From Myxococcota bacterium (lineage in GTDB: Bacteria > Myxococcota_A > UBA796 > GCA-2862545), in assembly GCA_039208735.1 (NCBI GenBank), contig JBCCQY010000035.1, positions 1 to 64,000 on the forward strand: a stretch of DNA of 64,000 nucleotides. Direction: 5' to 3'. Positions within the stretch are counted from its first letter, which is position 1. Every line of letters begins with the position of its first letter. The notes below the pieces were generated by a model that was not told the origin of the DNA, ran no database searches, and worked only from the letters and a program-made list of their open reading frames with translations. Shown in pieces: positions 37,621 through 48,800 of this stretch. Both the position numbers and the translations under genes were made by a program.

Positions 37621-39400
37621 TGAGCTTGTCGATCTTGGGTAGCCGTTCGGTCACGGTGTCTCCCCACAACGTTCGATCGAGAACCACCCGCCGACCATTC
37701 CGGGCGACAAGTCGCCACCGAATGCCCTTGGAGAGTTCGAAGCGAACCTTGCCTTGGAAGTCGTCGTAAAAACGCATGCCGACCCCCCGGTCGTCAACCT
37801 CGGCTCGGCCGGTATCCGGCGCCACCCACGTGACTTGCGGATAGTGAATCGCGGCATCGTCGACGAGTTCGCCCACCGTGCCGTCATGGAGTTTCCAGAT
37901 GGCATCGATCCGGTCTGAATCGAACAACGAAGGGGTTCGCGTCACGGTGTCGACGAGGCCGACCAACGCGTCAACAGAGTCGGGCTTAACCGGCGTATCA
38001 AGACCACTACGCCGCGCGAGATAGCCATCGGGAACCCGGCGCTCGAAGTGACCGATGCGCCAGACCCGCTGCTCATCGATGGGCAAGCGTGCCAGCACCG
38101 GGTCGGCAAGCGCCATGCGATCGACAATGTGGACTTCGGGCCCCGCGTAGTACCCAAACATGCCGATTACGGCCTTGTTGACCACCCCGGGGCCCTTTTC
38201 ACGACGGGCCCGCCCCTGCCGCGCAAACAGGTGACTGGGCTCGAGAGATTCGCGATTGACCGCCCACAAACCGGTTCCACGCCAGTAGAAACCGCGCTCA
38301 TCAACCACGCCATGCCGTACTTTGGCGCGCTTGTACTTGGGACCGCTGCGAATCGGGGAGTACCGAGACGACAATGACAAACCGAGAATCGCAAACGCCA
38401 TGAAGGCAGACCAGCCCCGAGCGACGGGGTAGCGAGCGATGAGAAGGGCTGAGACAAACAAGGGGGTTGCAAAGAAACGACCGCCCATGAAGTCGCCTCC
38501 AATCCGAACGATGTAGAGCAGGTACAGGGCAACCCCAGCTCCCACGGCCATTCCACGCAGGTCGCGGTGGAGGGCTCCCAGCAACACCCCAAGGCCCACC
38601 AAGGGCAAGGTCGTGGGGTCGTTGATGGCGGTCCACTCGTAGTAAAACGGTGCCTGAGACATCAATTCGGCAGACGAAATGCCGGATCCTAGCTTCGCCC
38701 ACGCGGTGTTGGGCACCAATGAGCCGTAGTAGACCAGCGAAAACCCATGCCACGCGACGAGGCCCAACCAGCCGAGTTGAGCCACCGCAAGCTCACCCCA
38801 ATCCCGTTGTCGAGCCAACGGAACGACAACCAACGCAAGCCCCGGAATCACGAACAAAATGGCGTCGAGCCGGGTGAGTGCAACGAGGGAACTCACGACC
38901 ACCAGGACGAACAACCGTGGCCCCTCATCCCGGTACAGCTCCGCGACGAATAACATAAGCAGGAGCCACAGCAACGGGCCCTCAAGCCCCGACGTCGTGT
39001 AGTCGATGAACGCCTTCGAGCTGGCCAGTCCGATGATCGCTACCGCACCGCTGATCCGGTCGCGGGCCACCCCAAAGGCCAGGCCCGTGGCGGCAGCGAG
39101 CGTGGTGAGCCCTCCGACGGCCATGGTGGTGAGCCAAGCCTCACGCGTGATGGCGTAGGGAAGGGCAAGCCACGCGAGCCAAAGCGGATGGGTAAACGCC
39201 TGAACGCGTTCGGCTGGGTTGTACCGCAGCCCGTAGCCTTGGACGAAGTTGTCGAGGGTTCGCAGCGTGATGAAGGCATCATCGCTGACCCACGCACAGC
39301 GGAGGATCAAGAACGCGAGCCCTGTAAGTAGCAGCACAAGTGCAAAATCGGGCCCCGGGCGTTCACCTGGCCACGTCAGCGAAGGAGTTCGACGGCTCAC
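37538..39400 (-). CDS. AftB-like GT-C membrane glycosyltransferase
   Basis: WVSDDAFIT, YN..ERVQAFTHPLW, SGLE, TRLD, YYGSLVPNT..AK, GGDFM.GRF, GHFER; GTG 39400 overlaps the upstream stop. Confidence 0.8.
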   Translation of the reverse strand: MSRRTPSLTWPGERPGPDFALVLLLTGLAFLILRCAWVSDDAFITLRTLDNFVQGYGLRYNPAERVQAFTHPLWLAWLALPYAITREAWLTTMAVGGLTTLAAATGLAFGVARDRISGAVAIIGLASSKAFIDYTTSGLEGPLLWLLLMLFVAELYRDEGPRLFVLVVVSSLVALTRLDAILFVIPGLALVVVPLARQRDWGELAVAQLGWLGLVAWHGFSLVYYGSLVPNTAWAKLGSGISSAELMSQAPFYYEWTAINDPTTLPLVGLGVLLGALHRDLRGMAVGAGVALYLLYIVRIGGDFMGGRFFATPLFVSALLIARYPVARGWSAFMAFAILGLSLSSRYSPIRSGPKYKRAKVRHGVVDERGFYWRGTGLWAVNRESLEPSHLFARQGRARREKGPGVVNKAVIGMFGYYAGPEVHIVDRMALADPVLARLPIDEQRVWRIGHFERRVPDGYLARRSGLDTPVKPDSVDALVGLVDTVTRTPSLFDSDRIDAIWKLHDGTVGELVDDAAIHYPQVTWVAPDTGRAEVDDRGVGMRFYDDFQGKVRFELSKGIRWRLVARNGRRVVLDRTLWGDTVTERLPKIDKLIIYAMGAGSVGWSLEPKKVKKAEPEPE

Positions 39401-40218
39401 ATGTCTCCACGCCCGGACCATTGTCCGTCATGGGTACGTCGCATGACGATTCGAGCTTCCTCGGCGACTTCGCCGCAGCGACCCCAAATCTCGAAGCGAA
39501 ACCCGTTGTTGACGCTGAACTCAGCATGTTCGATGGTCGACGAGGTGACCGACACCTCGTTGACGCGGTGCAGCACGCCCATACCCGCTCGGAACGTAGA
39601 AAAGGGCATCGCCGACAGGTCGGCCAGCGCCACCGGACGTTTGCAGCCTCCACGGGTCTCTTGGGCGACCGGCAGCACAACCTCGAACGTGGTGGCCTCG
39701 ATGCGTCCCTGTGCCGGCCCCACAGCTCGTACGACGTCGATGGCATGGCGCCGTGCTCGACGTTCGTAGAGGCGCGCAGTTTCGCCGGACCCCCGCGGAG
39801 CCAACGGCGCGACCGAACGCCGAGCCCGGTCGACCTCCTTCTGCAGACCTTCCAACGTCGTGAAGAGCCGACCTATCGTCGCCGCATCGAGCTTGAGGGT
39901 CTCGCCCGTTTGACCTTGGCGGGCCTCGGCCGCGATGGCGTCGATCGGCCGCCAAGTCGGGTCGTACGGCTCCCCGGCGCGCTGGGCGACGGCCTCCACA
40001 ACCCGTGCCGGCGCCTGTCGATCGACAAGATCGTACACATCGGACGGCGTGAAGGAGTAGGCACTCACCCGAATCGCTTCCACGACCTTCGACGCGTCCC
40101 ACTGGGTCGCATCGGGCGGAGGAAGCAGCGGGACAATGTCGGCCGGACGCTCAATCACGATCTCGTCTGCAGCAAACCCAGCTTGCAGCGCAAATATCCA
40201 AAGGATCCACCCCAACAC
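39397..40218 (-). CDS. Hypothetical exported protein
   Basis: GGAGGAGG RBS then GTG 40218; signal-like (M)LGWILWIFALQAGFA. Confidence 0.65.
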   Translation of the reverse strand: MLGWILWIFALQAGFAADEIVIERPADIVPLLPPPDATQWDASKVVEAIRVSAYSFTPSDVYDLVDRQAPARVVEAVAQRAGEPYDPTWRPIDAIAAEARQGQTGETLKLDAATIGRLFTTLEGLQKEVDRARRSVAPLAPRGSGETARLYERRARRHAIDVVRAVGPAQGRIEATTFEVVLPVAQETRGGCKRPVALADLSAMPFSTFRAGMGVLHRVNEVSVTSSTIEHAEFSVNNGFRFEIWGRCGEVAEEARIVMRRTHDGQWSGRGDM

Positions 40219-40298
40219 GAGCCCTCCTCCGCGCTCCTCTAACCGTCCCCCAGGGGACGTCGAACGGCTCTCCGCCATCCATCGATTACCTTGCCGCC

Positions 40299-41429
40299 AT
40301 GTCCTTCCTCTCGCTGCTCTTCCTGCAGGCCGGACTCGCCCAGGACCCCGCTAAAGTCGACCCTCTACAGCCCATTTCGGCCGATCGACAATGGCAGGTG
40401 TTGACGCCAACCGATGACCGTCGGGCCATGCTGCGGGAAGCCGCCGAGAAGATGGCAGATTGGACCATCACTCTTGCGGGCGAATCCATCAATGGGGCTT
40501 GGCTTAAGGCCCTGGGCACCACGCCGACCGAGGAACCGCTGCTGCGCGCGGCTCGAGAGCAGCTGGGTCAGGCGCTGGACCTCGAAGACTTCCTGTTGTT
40601 CATCGACGATGTGCTGCATGCCGGCGAACAAGGTCGCAAAGGCGAGCCCTTCTCGGTCGGTTCGGGGCGCGCGCGAAGCATTGGGCTCTTTCTGCATCCA
40701 AGCGAGATTTTTCGCAATCGCCCCCGGGTCTACCCCTACCGGGCCGACGAGGTTGCGGTGGACGAACCGCCGCCCCAAGACTCCTTCCAACCCGCCGAAG
40801 ACGGCGCGCTGCTCGGGCCGGAATGGACGATGCGATTTCGAAATCCGACCGAGGAGGCCAAGATGTACGCCACCTTGGCCGAAAAGCGCCCAGAGTCCGG
40901 GTTTGCCTCCCGCATCGCTTCGCTGGTCAAGCAGCTCGAGCTGCAGGGTGGAACGGTATACCTCACGTCGTTCCTTCGCTATCGCGAACGAGGCTACCTG
41001 ATGTGGGGCGCCCATGAGCTGCGCAAGTGCAAGGGCGCGAGTTGTGTGGCGTCGACGATTCGGCGGCTCGACCGTGCCAAAACCTGGGCACCCGTCGACA
41101 TCCAATGGCGACATCCCGATGGCTGGGAAGCGACCCAGGAGGCCGCGCGCCAGATGGCCGACGCCTTCGACGTCGTGTACGCCACCGAACGGGGAGCCCG
41201 GTACTCCAACCACTACGATGGCCTGGGAGCCGACTTCGTCGCGTTGCGCCTGCCGCGAAAGCTCGAGCTGTACGCGCCAGATGGAGCGCATGAGGTCTTT
41301 GACCTCTCAGACCCCGACCAGTCCCGCGATTTGTCGCTCACCCCCGAACTGATCGATTGGGTCGAGGCCCACTTCGGCTTTTCGAAGCTGCGGTCCGACT
41401 ATCCCCACTGGGACGACGTGGGGCGCTGA
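40299..41429 (+). CDS. Exported protein with an M15-like Zn-peptidase motif set
   Basis: Signal peptide; TSFLR, SNHYDGLGAD (SxHxxGxAxD-like) and DYPHW. Confidence 0.65.
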   Translation: MSFLSLLFLQAGLAQDPAKVDPLQPISADRQWQVLTPTDDRRAMLREAAEKMADWTITLAGESINGAWLKALGTTPTEEPLLRAAREQLGQALDLEDFLLFIDDVLHAGEQGRKGEPFSVGSGRARSIGLFLHPSEIFRNRPRVYPYRADEVAVDEPPPQDSFQPAEDGALLGPEWTMRFRNPTEEAKMYATLAEKRPESGFASRIASLVKQLELQGGTVYLTSFLRYRERGYLMWGAHELRKCKGASCVASTIRRLDRAKTWAPVDIQWRHPDGWEATQEAARQMADAFDVVYATERGARYSNHYDGLGADFVALRLPRKLELYAPDGAHEVFDLSDPDQSRDLSLTPELIDWVEAHFGFSKLRSDYPHWDDVGR

Positions 41430-42239
41430 CTACAGACCAAACACCCGAGCCGCGTTGTCGTACAGAAAGGCCGCCTTCGCGCCAGAGTCCAAACCAAGTT
41501 CGTCGACCTGGGCCAAGCAATCCTGCGGCAGGATCATCGGGTAGTTGCTTCCGAACAGTACTTTGTTGCGTCCGTGACCCCGAAGGTAGTTCACCAGCGA
41601 TGCGGGGTAGCGCCGAGGTTTGTAGGCTGAGGTGTCGATGTGAACGTTCGGGTACTTCGTCGCGAGCGCGATCATCTCTTCGGTCCACGGATAGCCGATG
41701 TGGCCGCCCACGATGATGAGTTCGGGGAATTCGCAAGCCACATGGTCGAGGTAGGGAATCGGGCGACCGGGCTCCGAGGGCATCAAGGGCCCCGCGTGAC
41801 CCACCTGCAGACAAAACGGAATGCCCAGTTCGATGCATTCTGCGTACAGCGGGTAGTAACGGCGGTCGTCAGGCGGGAGTTGCCAGAGCCACGGTAGAAT
41901 GCGAAGCGCCCGGAACCCGAGTTCCCTCACGCAGCGTCGAAGTTCACGCACCGCATCCATGGGCTTCGATAAATCGACCGCCGCCACACCAACCAGCTGG
42001 TCGGGTGCTTCCGCAACGACGGCCGCCACCTCGTCGTTCGTCACCAACGGTCCTCGCGGGCTCGACCACGCACACACCAAGGCGCGATCCACCTTCGCGG
42101 CCTTGAGCGCGGCCAACGTCATGGCCACCGGAACGGCATCGGGCAGCTGACCTCCACTCCATCGCCGCAGCGAGTCGAAGATGGAGTCACGGAGCATTCG
42201 AGGGGTTGGATGCTGAATCCATGCGTCGATGATCGGCAT
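41430..42239 (-). CDS. Amidohydrolase family 2 (TIM-barrel metal-dependent hydrolase)
   Basis: IIDAWIQ, YYPLYAECIELGIP, FPELIIVGGHIGYPW, NVHIDTSA, LFGSNYP and NAARVF motifs. Confidence 0.88.
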   Translation of the reverse strand: MPIIDAWIQHPTPRMLRDSIFDSLRRWSGGQLPDAVPVAMTLAALKAAKVDRALVCAWSSPRGPLVTNDEVAAVVAEAPDQLVGVAAVDLSKPMDAVRELRRCVRELGFRALRILPWLWQLPPDDRRYYPLYAECIELGIPFCLQVGHAGPLMPSEPGRPIPYLDHVACEFPELIIVGGHIGYPWTEEMIALATKYPNVHIDTSAYKPRRYPASLVNYLRGHGRNKVLFGSNYPMILPQDCLAQVDELGLDSGAKAAFLYDNAARVFGL

Positions 42240-42247
42240 GCCGCGTT

Positions 42248-45200
42248 CTACCACGGCCGTCCGCGGCACCCCCGACGGTGGTGAGGACACTGTTCACAAG
42301 GGCGCTCGGTCGCGGTCGCGTGCGCCTCGATCTGGGGCCAGTCGCCATCTGCGACCCGAGCGAGTTCCTCGAGCAACGCGGGAACCGTGGCCCGGTCGGC
42401 CTCGGTCCAGGGACCGAGCGAGACCGTCGTGCCACGCTCGGTGAGCAACACATCCCCACGGACCACCGGGCCATCCAACCCCCCCGACAGGGCCCACGCG
42501 TAGGCGAGCAGCTGATGGGTGTGCTCGGCGGCCACTGGCCGGGCGGCTCGTCCACCCAACGTCGTCGACTTGAAATCGATCACGACCCAGCCATCGTCAT
42601 CGCGCCAGACGCGATCCACCCGACCCAGGAGCACCACCCCCTCGTGCTCGGCGCGGATGGGCAGCTCATCGTGACCCTCAGCCTCCAAGGCGCGCCCCAA
42701 GGTGGGGTCCTGACCACAGCTCGCAAGGTGTTGGGCAAACTGTTCAATCGCACGATCGATGGCGGGGTCCTCGGCCCCCGCCACCCTCGCCTCGGTCGCC
42801 ATGCGTTTGGCCAAGGCCTCAGCATCGACCGCGAAGCGATCCTCGATGGCCTCGTGGATCGCTTGCCCTCGAAGCCTTCCGATCATCTTGCCGATTTCAG
42901 ACTCCTGGCTTGGTGCGACCGGACCAAAGCGATGATCGCGAAACCACCAAGCTGGACACTGCACGAACCGATCCAAGGTGCTCGCGGCAACCTCGAGCCG
43001 ACGGACCCGGGGCACGCCTCGCAGCCTCCTTCGCGTCACCGAAGCCGGCGGGTCGAGCAGGGGTCCGGGGGGAGCCGGTGGCGTGGCTTTTTGCAGCAGG
43101 AGCTGGGCATCGCGACGCTCGGTTTCGAACGGCGTGTGCCCCTCGACAAGCTGCATCCAACTTGCGCGAGCGCCCGGCGCCGGAGGATTCGAGGTGCGCC
43201 CCACCAACACGAGATGGTCCCGCGCCCGCGTCGCCGCCACGTACAGGAGCCGCCGCTCCTCCGCATCTTCCTCCGAGCGCCGGACCTGGTCGAGAGTGGC
43301 GTACAACCCGGGCTTCACCTGCGTTTGGACCGGGGCCGAAGGATCGAGCACCTGACTCGCCAGTCGCCAACGTGCACGGTTCTCGGGACGTCGAACCAGC
43401 AAGGTTTCAGGAGCACTTTGCGCCCGGCGCTCAAGTTCCGGAACGATCACGACTTCAAACTCGAGTCCCTTCGACGCATGAACCGTGCACATCACGACCC
43501 GCGCCGCGGCCGGTACGATCGACGCCTCCGACTCGCGGGGCCCTGCCTCAACCTCGGCGAGCAATCGATCCGCGACCTCTTCGAGACGCGGCTCGGACCA
43601 GCCATTGACGAGTTGGACCAGTCGCTGGGCGTTGGCTTCGGCTTGGCCCGAAGGGTCAGCGATGGCGCGCGCCGGTGCGTACACTTGGGCCACGTGGGCC
43701 ACGAAGTCCGCCGACGAACAGCGGTGACGCCATTGATCGAGGGCTTGAAGGAGGCGATGGGCTCGTTGGACCGAAGCATCCCCTTGGGGGCACGGACCTC
43801 GGACAAACTCCGCCAAACCGGTCCGCGCGTCGCGATCCGGTCCGCGGCTCGCGTCGGCCACGCGCTGGATGGCCTGATCTTCTAGACCCATCCAGGGAGC
43901 TCGCAGGGTGGCGACCATCGATGCCGCATCCGCGTGGACGACGGCGCTCACCGTGTTCACGATGTCGATCACCTCTTGGCGACCCCAAAACCCCACCCCC
44001 TCGGCCACGACGAATGGGACGTGGTGACGCCGAAGAGCGGTTTCAAATTCGGCTTGTCGTGTTCGAGCCCGCAGCAAGATGGCGATCGGGGGCGCGGGGA
44101 AGGCATCGATGTCGACGTACGGCGAGTCCGGCGCAAGCAACTCGATGGCAATGAGACGCGCCACGGTTTCCGCCTGCCATCCGGCCCCAAGCATCTCAGG
44201 TTCGCCGCGCATCAACGTCACGCGCCCCCCTGGGTCCGTCCGGCCAGCTCGGATCGCCTCATACGGCGCATCGTGGGGCGAGGTGGGATCCGTACCCAGT
44301 ACGTGCGGGAAAGCCTCGTTGAACCAACCGATGAGTTCGGGCTTACTCCGAAAGTTGTCGGGCAAACGAAGTGGCGTGACCCCGAGTTCTGTGGCCGCCC
44401 GCCGAAACACGGTGACGTCGCCTCCCCGAAACCCATAGATCGCTTGTTTGACGTCTCCGACCAGGAACAGGCGTCCCTCGGGGACATCGTGATGGCGACG
44501 CCCCAATGCGAGCACGAGCGACCACTGCAGCTCGTCGGTGTCTTGAAACTCGTCGACCATGATCGCGGTGTGCCGTGCCCAAAGGAACTCGCGAAGCGTG
44601 TCGTCGCGTTGCACCCCCCGGATGGCCCGCAACTGAAGTTCCTCGAACGTGAGCACCCGCTCGGTGTTCATGATCGTGGCGAGGCGTGCTTCGGTCTGTA
44701 AAATCCATCGGGAGAACGGTTCGAGGGCTTCGAGCAGGGCGCGGTCCGCGGGCGTGGGGAGCCGCCGCGAGGCCAGGGCCCGCTCCGGCCAGTCCACCAA
44801 CCGTTCGACCAGGGCTTGGGTCGCGCGTTTGGCGAGGGTGTAGCGTCGCTGACCCGGCCACTTCGCCTGCGGCGCAAGCACCGATGGATGCGTCAGCGTG
44901 CGCAGCTTACCCGTGTCGGACATCAGCAGGTCGAGGACTTCGCGGTAGACCTCGTAGATGCGCAGGGGGTCTGCATCATCTGCGGGAGCCGTGAACCGGT
45001 CCAGGAAGGGCAGGAGCTGACGTTGGACGAACGGCCCCCCTCCCGACGGCGCGGTCAACCGCGACAACGCCACCAGAGCGGGATGACCTACGCCACGAAT
45101 CCAGGTCGCCGCATCGGACGGACTGGGCTCGGCCGCGGCGAGTTGTTGGGCAAGGGTGATTTCACCGTGGGCGTGGGCCTCCATGGTCTCATCGATGACG

Positions 45201-45844
45201 CCCCGCTTCTGCAGGGCCCGCTCGCCCGCATCGACCAGCCGGTGGCGACTCCCAAATGCATCGAGGAGCGGTCGCAGCACGTGCGGTTCTTCCGAGACCA
45301 GGGATTCGAGTGCGGCTTCGAGCGCCTCACGCCGCATGCGGCGCGACTCCGCATCTTCAAGGATGCGCGCCCCCGGCGGGGTGTCGGTTTGACCAGGAAA
45401 CTCTCTTAGGATCGAAGCACAGAACCCGTGAAAGGTCCCGATACGAGCCCGATCGAAGCGATCTGCCATGTGCTGGACGTGCAACAGCAACTCGGTACCC
45501 GCTTTGCCATGCGGATCCCGTTCGTTGAGTTCCGCCCGGACCCGCGCCACTGCACGAACCAACGCCAACAACCGTTGGTGGCACCGATGGGCCATCTCTT
45601 CGGCGGCCTTCTCGGTGAACGTCAGCACAAGCACCGCTTCGATGTCGTGACGTCCCAAAATCGCGAGATCGAGCAACAGGGAGACGTAGCGCAGCGACAA
45701 GGTGTGGGTCTTGCCTGCGCCCGCGCCCGCGGTCAGGACCGTCTCGGAACGCGTCTCGATGGCTGCACGCTGCTCGGGGGTCAAGCGAAGTTCGGGATCG
45801 TCGAGATCGAGATGGGGCTGCAGCCCACGCAGCGCAACCCTCAC
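42248..45844 (-). CDS. addA: AddA-like UvrD-type helicase with PD-(D/E)XK nuclease and four Cys (copy 2)
   Basis: LTPEQ, AGAGAGKT, LTFTEKAA, GTFHGFC, MVDEFQD, VGDVKQAIYGFRG, TVHASKGLEF and YVAATRAR; nuclease QCP...GRVDRV..IDFKS..QLLAYA...CEQC.....C. GTGA-coupled start at 45844. Confidence 0.88.
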   Translation of the reverse strand: MRVALRGLQPHLDLDDPELRLTPEQRAAIETRSETVLTAGAGAGKTHTLSLRYVSLLLDLAILGRHDIEAVLVLTFTEKAAEEMAHRCHQRLLALVRAVARVRAELNERDPHGKAGTELLLHVQHMADRFDRARIGTFHGFCASILREFPGQTDTPPGARILEDAESRRMRREALEAALESLVSEEPHVLRPLLDAFGSRHRLVDAGERALQKRGVIDETMEAHAHGEITLAQQLAAAEPSPSDAATWIRGVGHPALVALSRLTAPSGGGPFVQRQLLPFLDRFTAPADDADPLRIYEVYREVLDLLMSDTGKLRTLTHPSVLAPQAKWPGQRRYTLAKRATQALVERLVDWPERALASRRLPTPADRALLEALEPFSRWILQTEARLATIMNTERVLTFEELQLRAIRGVQRDDTLREFLWARHTAIMVDEFQDTDELQWSLVLALGRRHHDVPEGRLFLVGDVKQAIYGFRGGDVTVFRRAATELGVTPLRLPDNFRSKPELIGWFNEAFPHVLGTDPTSPHDAPYEAIRAGRTDPGGRVTLMRGEPEMLGAGWQAETVARLIAIELLAPDSPYVDIDAFPAPPIAILLRARTRQAEFETALRRHHVPFVVAEGVGFWGRQEVIDIVNTVSAVVHADAASMVATLRAPWMGLEDQAIQRVADASRGPDRDARTGLAEFVRGPCPQGDASVQRAHRLLQALDQWRHRCSSADFVAHVAQVYAPARAIADPSGQAEANAQRLVQLVNGWSEPRLEEVADRLLAEVEAGPRESEASIVPAAARVVMCTVHASKGLEFEVVIVPELERRAQSAPETLLVRRPENRARWRLASQVLDPSAPVQTQVKPGLYATLDQVRRSEEDAEERRLLYVAATRARDHLVLVGRTSNPPAPGARASWMQLVEGHTPFETERRDAQLLLQKATPPAPPGPLLDPPASVTRRRLRGVPRVRRLEVAASTLDRFVQCPAWWFRDHRFGPVAPSQESEIGKMIGRLRGQAIHEAIEDRFAVDAEALAKRMATEARVAGAEDPAIDRAIEQFAQHLASCGQDPTLGRALEAEGHDELPIRAEHEGVVLLGRVDRVWRDDDGWVVIDFKSTTLGGRAARPVAAEHTHQLLAYAWALSGGLDGPVVRGDVLLTERGTTVSLGPWTEADRATVPALLEELARVADGDWPQIEAHATATERPCEQCPHHRRGCRGRPW

Positions 45845-48800
45845 GACTCGCCTCCCGAGCCCTGAGCTGCTGCCGCTTCCTCTGCGGCCACCCGTTCCGC
45901 CTGTCGCGCATGGTCGACCCGACACGACCGAGCATGCGGACACGTGCGGCAACCCGCCTTTACCGGGCCAATCCGCGTCGGCACAAACGTGCCCGCCAAC
46001 AGCCCTCGGGCCTGATCACCGGCCCATTGGAGGACCTGTCGCCGCTCCCGAGCATCGACCGGCAACGCGAACCTGCGTTCTCCTGGTCCACACGCTTGGT
46101 CAAGCACCCCGGGATCCCCCACCCAACCGCTGCGTGCGATGCGATCGGGACGCGCCAGGGAAAGGAACGTGGAGGCGACCGGCGCATCGGGGAACTTGCG
46201 CGACGCCGCTTCGGCGTAGGCGTAGGGCTGCAACGATCGGCCTTCGGCTACGGACCCCCGCGTCGGCGGGGTGCCGGTTTTGTAGTCGGTGACGATCAAG
46301 CTTCCGTCGGGCAGCCGATCGAGACGGTCCAACACCCCTCGAATGCGCACCGGTCCGACCTCGAGATCATCGAACGGCGCCTCGACGGCGACCGGGCGGC
46401 GGCCATCGTCAGCGTCGATCTCAAGGTCCAACCAGGCTTTGAGGATTCCCGCCGGAGCATCGTCAATGAGCCCAGCGAGCCATCGTTGCCGGGCGTAGGC
46501 CTGGTAGGCTGGATCAAAGCCCCCCTGCCGCTCGATCTCATCGAGTACTTCACAGGCCACCGCGTGCAAATCTCGCCCAAGGGCCTCTCGATCCCCGCCC
46601 GTGACCGGCCGCAGTCCCCGACGCTCGAAGAACTGCTCAAGAATGCTGTGGAGCGCAGTGCCCTTGCGTCGAGGCTCGAGTTCGGGAGCCCACGCATCGG
46701 GGGGAGACAGCCGCAGAACCCGATCGAACCAGTACCGTTGGGGACACTTGAGGTAGCCCTCGAGTGCCGTCACCGACAGGGTACGGGGGGCACGCGGGGG
46801 CGACGCCAACATCCCGTCGTAAGGACCCCATGGCCCCTGACGCGCTCGCTCGACACGTAGGGCCACCTCGAAGTCATCCTGGACCGAAGGAGGCAAGGCG
46901 TCACGCCAAGGGGTGTCGTCACCCGACCGCGCCATCGCCTCGGCGGCCGCGCGATCCAAGGTGTCGACGACGCTGGCCGGACCATCGGCCCTCCGCCGAG
47001 CGGCCCGCTCCGGCGTCGTCACCGCGATGGATTCGAGCTGCCCGTCGGACGTGGGGAGATCGAGAAGGTCCGCCAGCACGGCCGACGGAGGCACCGCACG
47101 GCCTCCCCGGGTCAGGGGCCACGACAATACGAGTCGTCCAATGCGGCCCCCCACCTCGGCCTGCACAGGATCGATAGTATCGCGCAACCACCCGGCGAAG
47201 CCATGGCGCGCCCGGGTGACCGGATCGCGCGCCAAACGGCGACGCCAGCTCGGCTGTACGAGAAAGGCCACCGGGGGGCGATCGGGGAAATGTCCGCGTG
47301 ACAATCCCATGATCCAAAGGAGCTTCGCCTGACGCCCGATCGCTTCGCTCGCATCGATGACTTCGACGCGAGCCACGGCATCGGCGTGGCCAGGAACCCG
47401 GGTGCGCTCGAATCGGTCACGGATGTGTTCGTGGATCTCTTCGAGGGGCCAGGGGCCCGGATCGATGGTGGCGAGGTCCGTAGCGAAGGTCTCGATCGTG
47501 CGCACCACGGCAGCTTGGACCTGCATGCGATCGACATCGTCGCTGGTGAACGCCCCAAGGCGTTCGAGCGTGGCAAGGAGCGCGCGCCCCAGGCGGTGAG
47601 GCCGGCCATCCGCCGCGATGGCCATGGCTGCGTCATGCAAGGCCTTGAGGCCCCCGAAACTGATCGACAGCGGACCTTCGGGATCGTCAGGATCGCCACC
47701 GGTCTGCATGCGATTGCGGGTCAGCCATCGAGTGAGCCCCGGACGCCATGTTTCGACGGCTCCGGGTTGAAGACCCGCCCGCAAGAGCCACCGACGAAGC
47801 CGCCGAGGGTCGAGCGGAAGGGGAACCCGCACCGCATCGGCCAAGGCGCACAAGCGGTCGGGATCGGGATCGGGACGTCCCACATCCAACAGGCGCAAGA
47901 CGATCTGCCCAAGCGGCGTTTCGATGAGCGGGCGCGGAACGGTGAAGGGCACCCCATGCGCGGTGAGCGTCTCCTCCACGACCGCCCGTTGCCTCGCGAG
48001 GTCGGCGACCGCGAGCACGACCTGGGCCGGCTCGATGCCATCGAGGAGCGCATGTTGAATGGCCCGGGCGGCCTCGGTGGCTTCATCTTCGGGATCGGAG
48101 CACCGCAGCAACGTGACCCGACCCTCGCCCAGCCATCGCTGGGCCTGAACCGGGCTCACGATGGGCACGGGTTGGCCATCGGCGTAGGCATCGGCGAGAT
48201 CGCGGGGGCCCGGTGGTCCGGGCTCGGTCCACGGCTCAATGGCCATGCCTCCATCCGGGGTCTGACAGATGACCTCGAGTTCTCCGCTCTCGACCAAGCC
48301 AAACAGGGCCTGTCGAACCGGGGCCTGCGCGGCGACGACCCGAGATGCTTCTCGCAAGGCTTCGTCGGCCGTATCCCAGCCCAGCAACACGCCAGCCTCA
48401 CGCCCACCGTGGTCCCGACCCGACGCCAATGTCACGACAACCGTCGATCCGGCATCAGAGGCGGCCCGCGCGAGGCTCACAAGCCAAGCCCCCCGCAACG
48501 GGGTGGGCTGAAGAAGGTCGTCCAGCACGAGCACAGGCCGTGCCGCAAGCCAACGCCGAAGGGCTGGCGACGGCGATTCGAGCCGTTCCATCAGCCGTAC
48601 CGTGGCCTCGGCGGGGCGCACGAAGGCCGCAGGATGGCTTTGCCGCAGTGCCTTGACGATGGTGTCAAGCTCGCTGTCGCCCATTTGAACGACGCGCTGT
48701 TGGCCCAAGGCATCGTCGACCGAAGCCAGGTGCCGGGCCAGCTCGGGCCCCTGCCGGATCCGAGCCAGGCTTGGGTAGGCGTGGGCATGGTCACGGAGCC

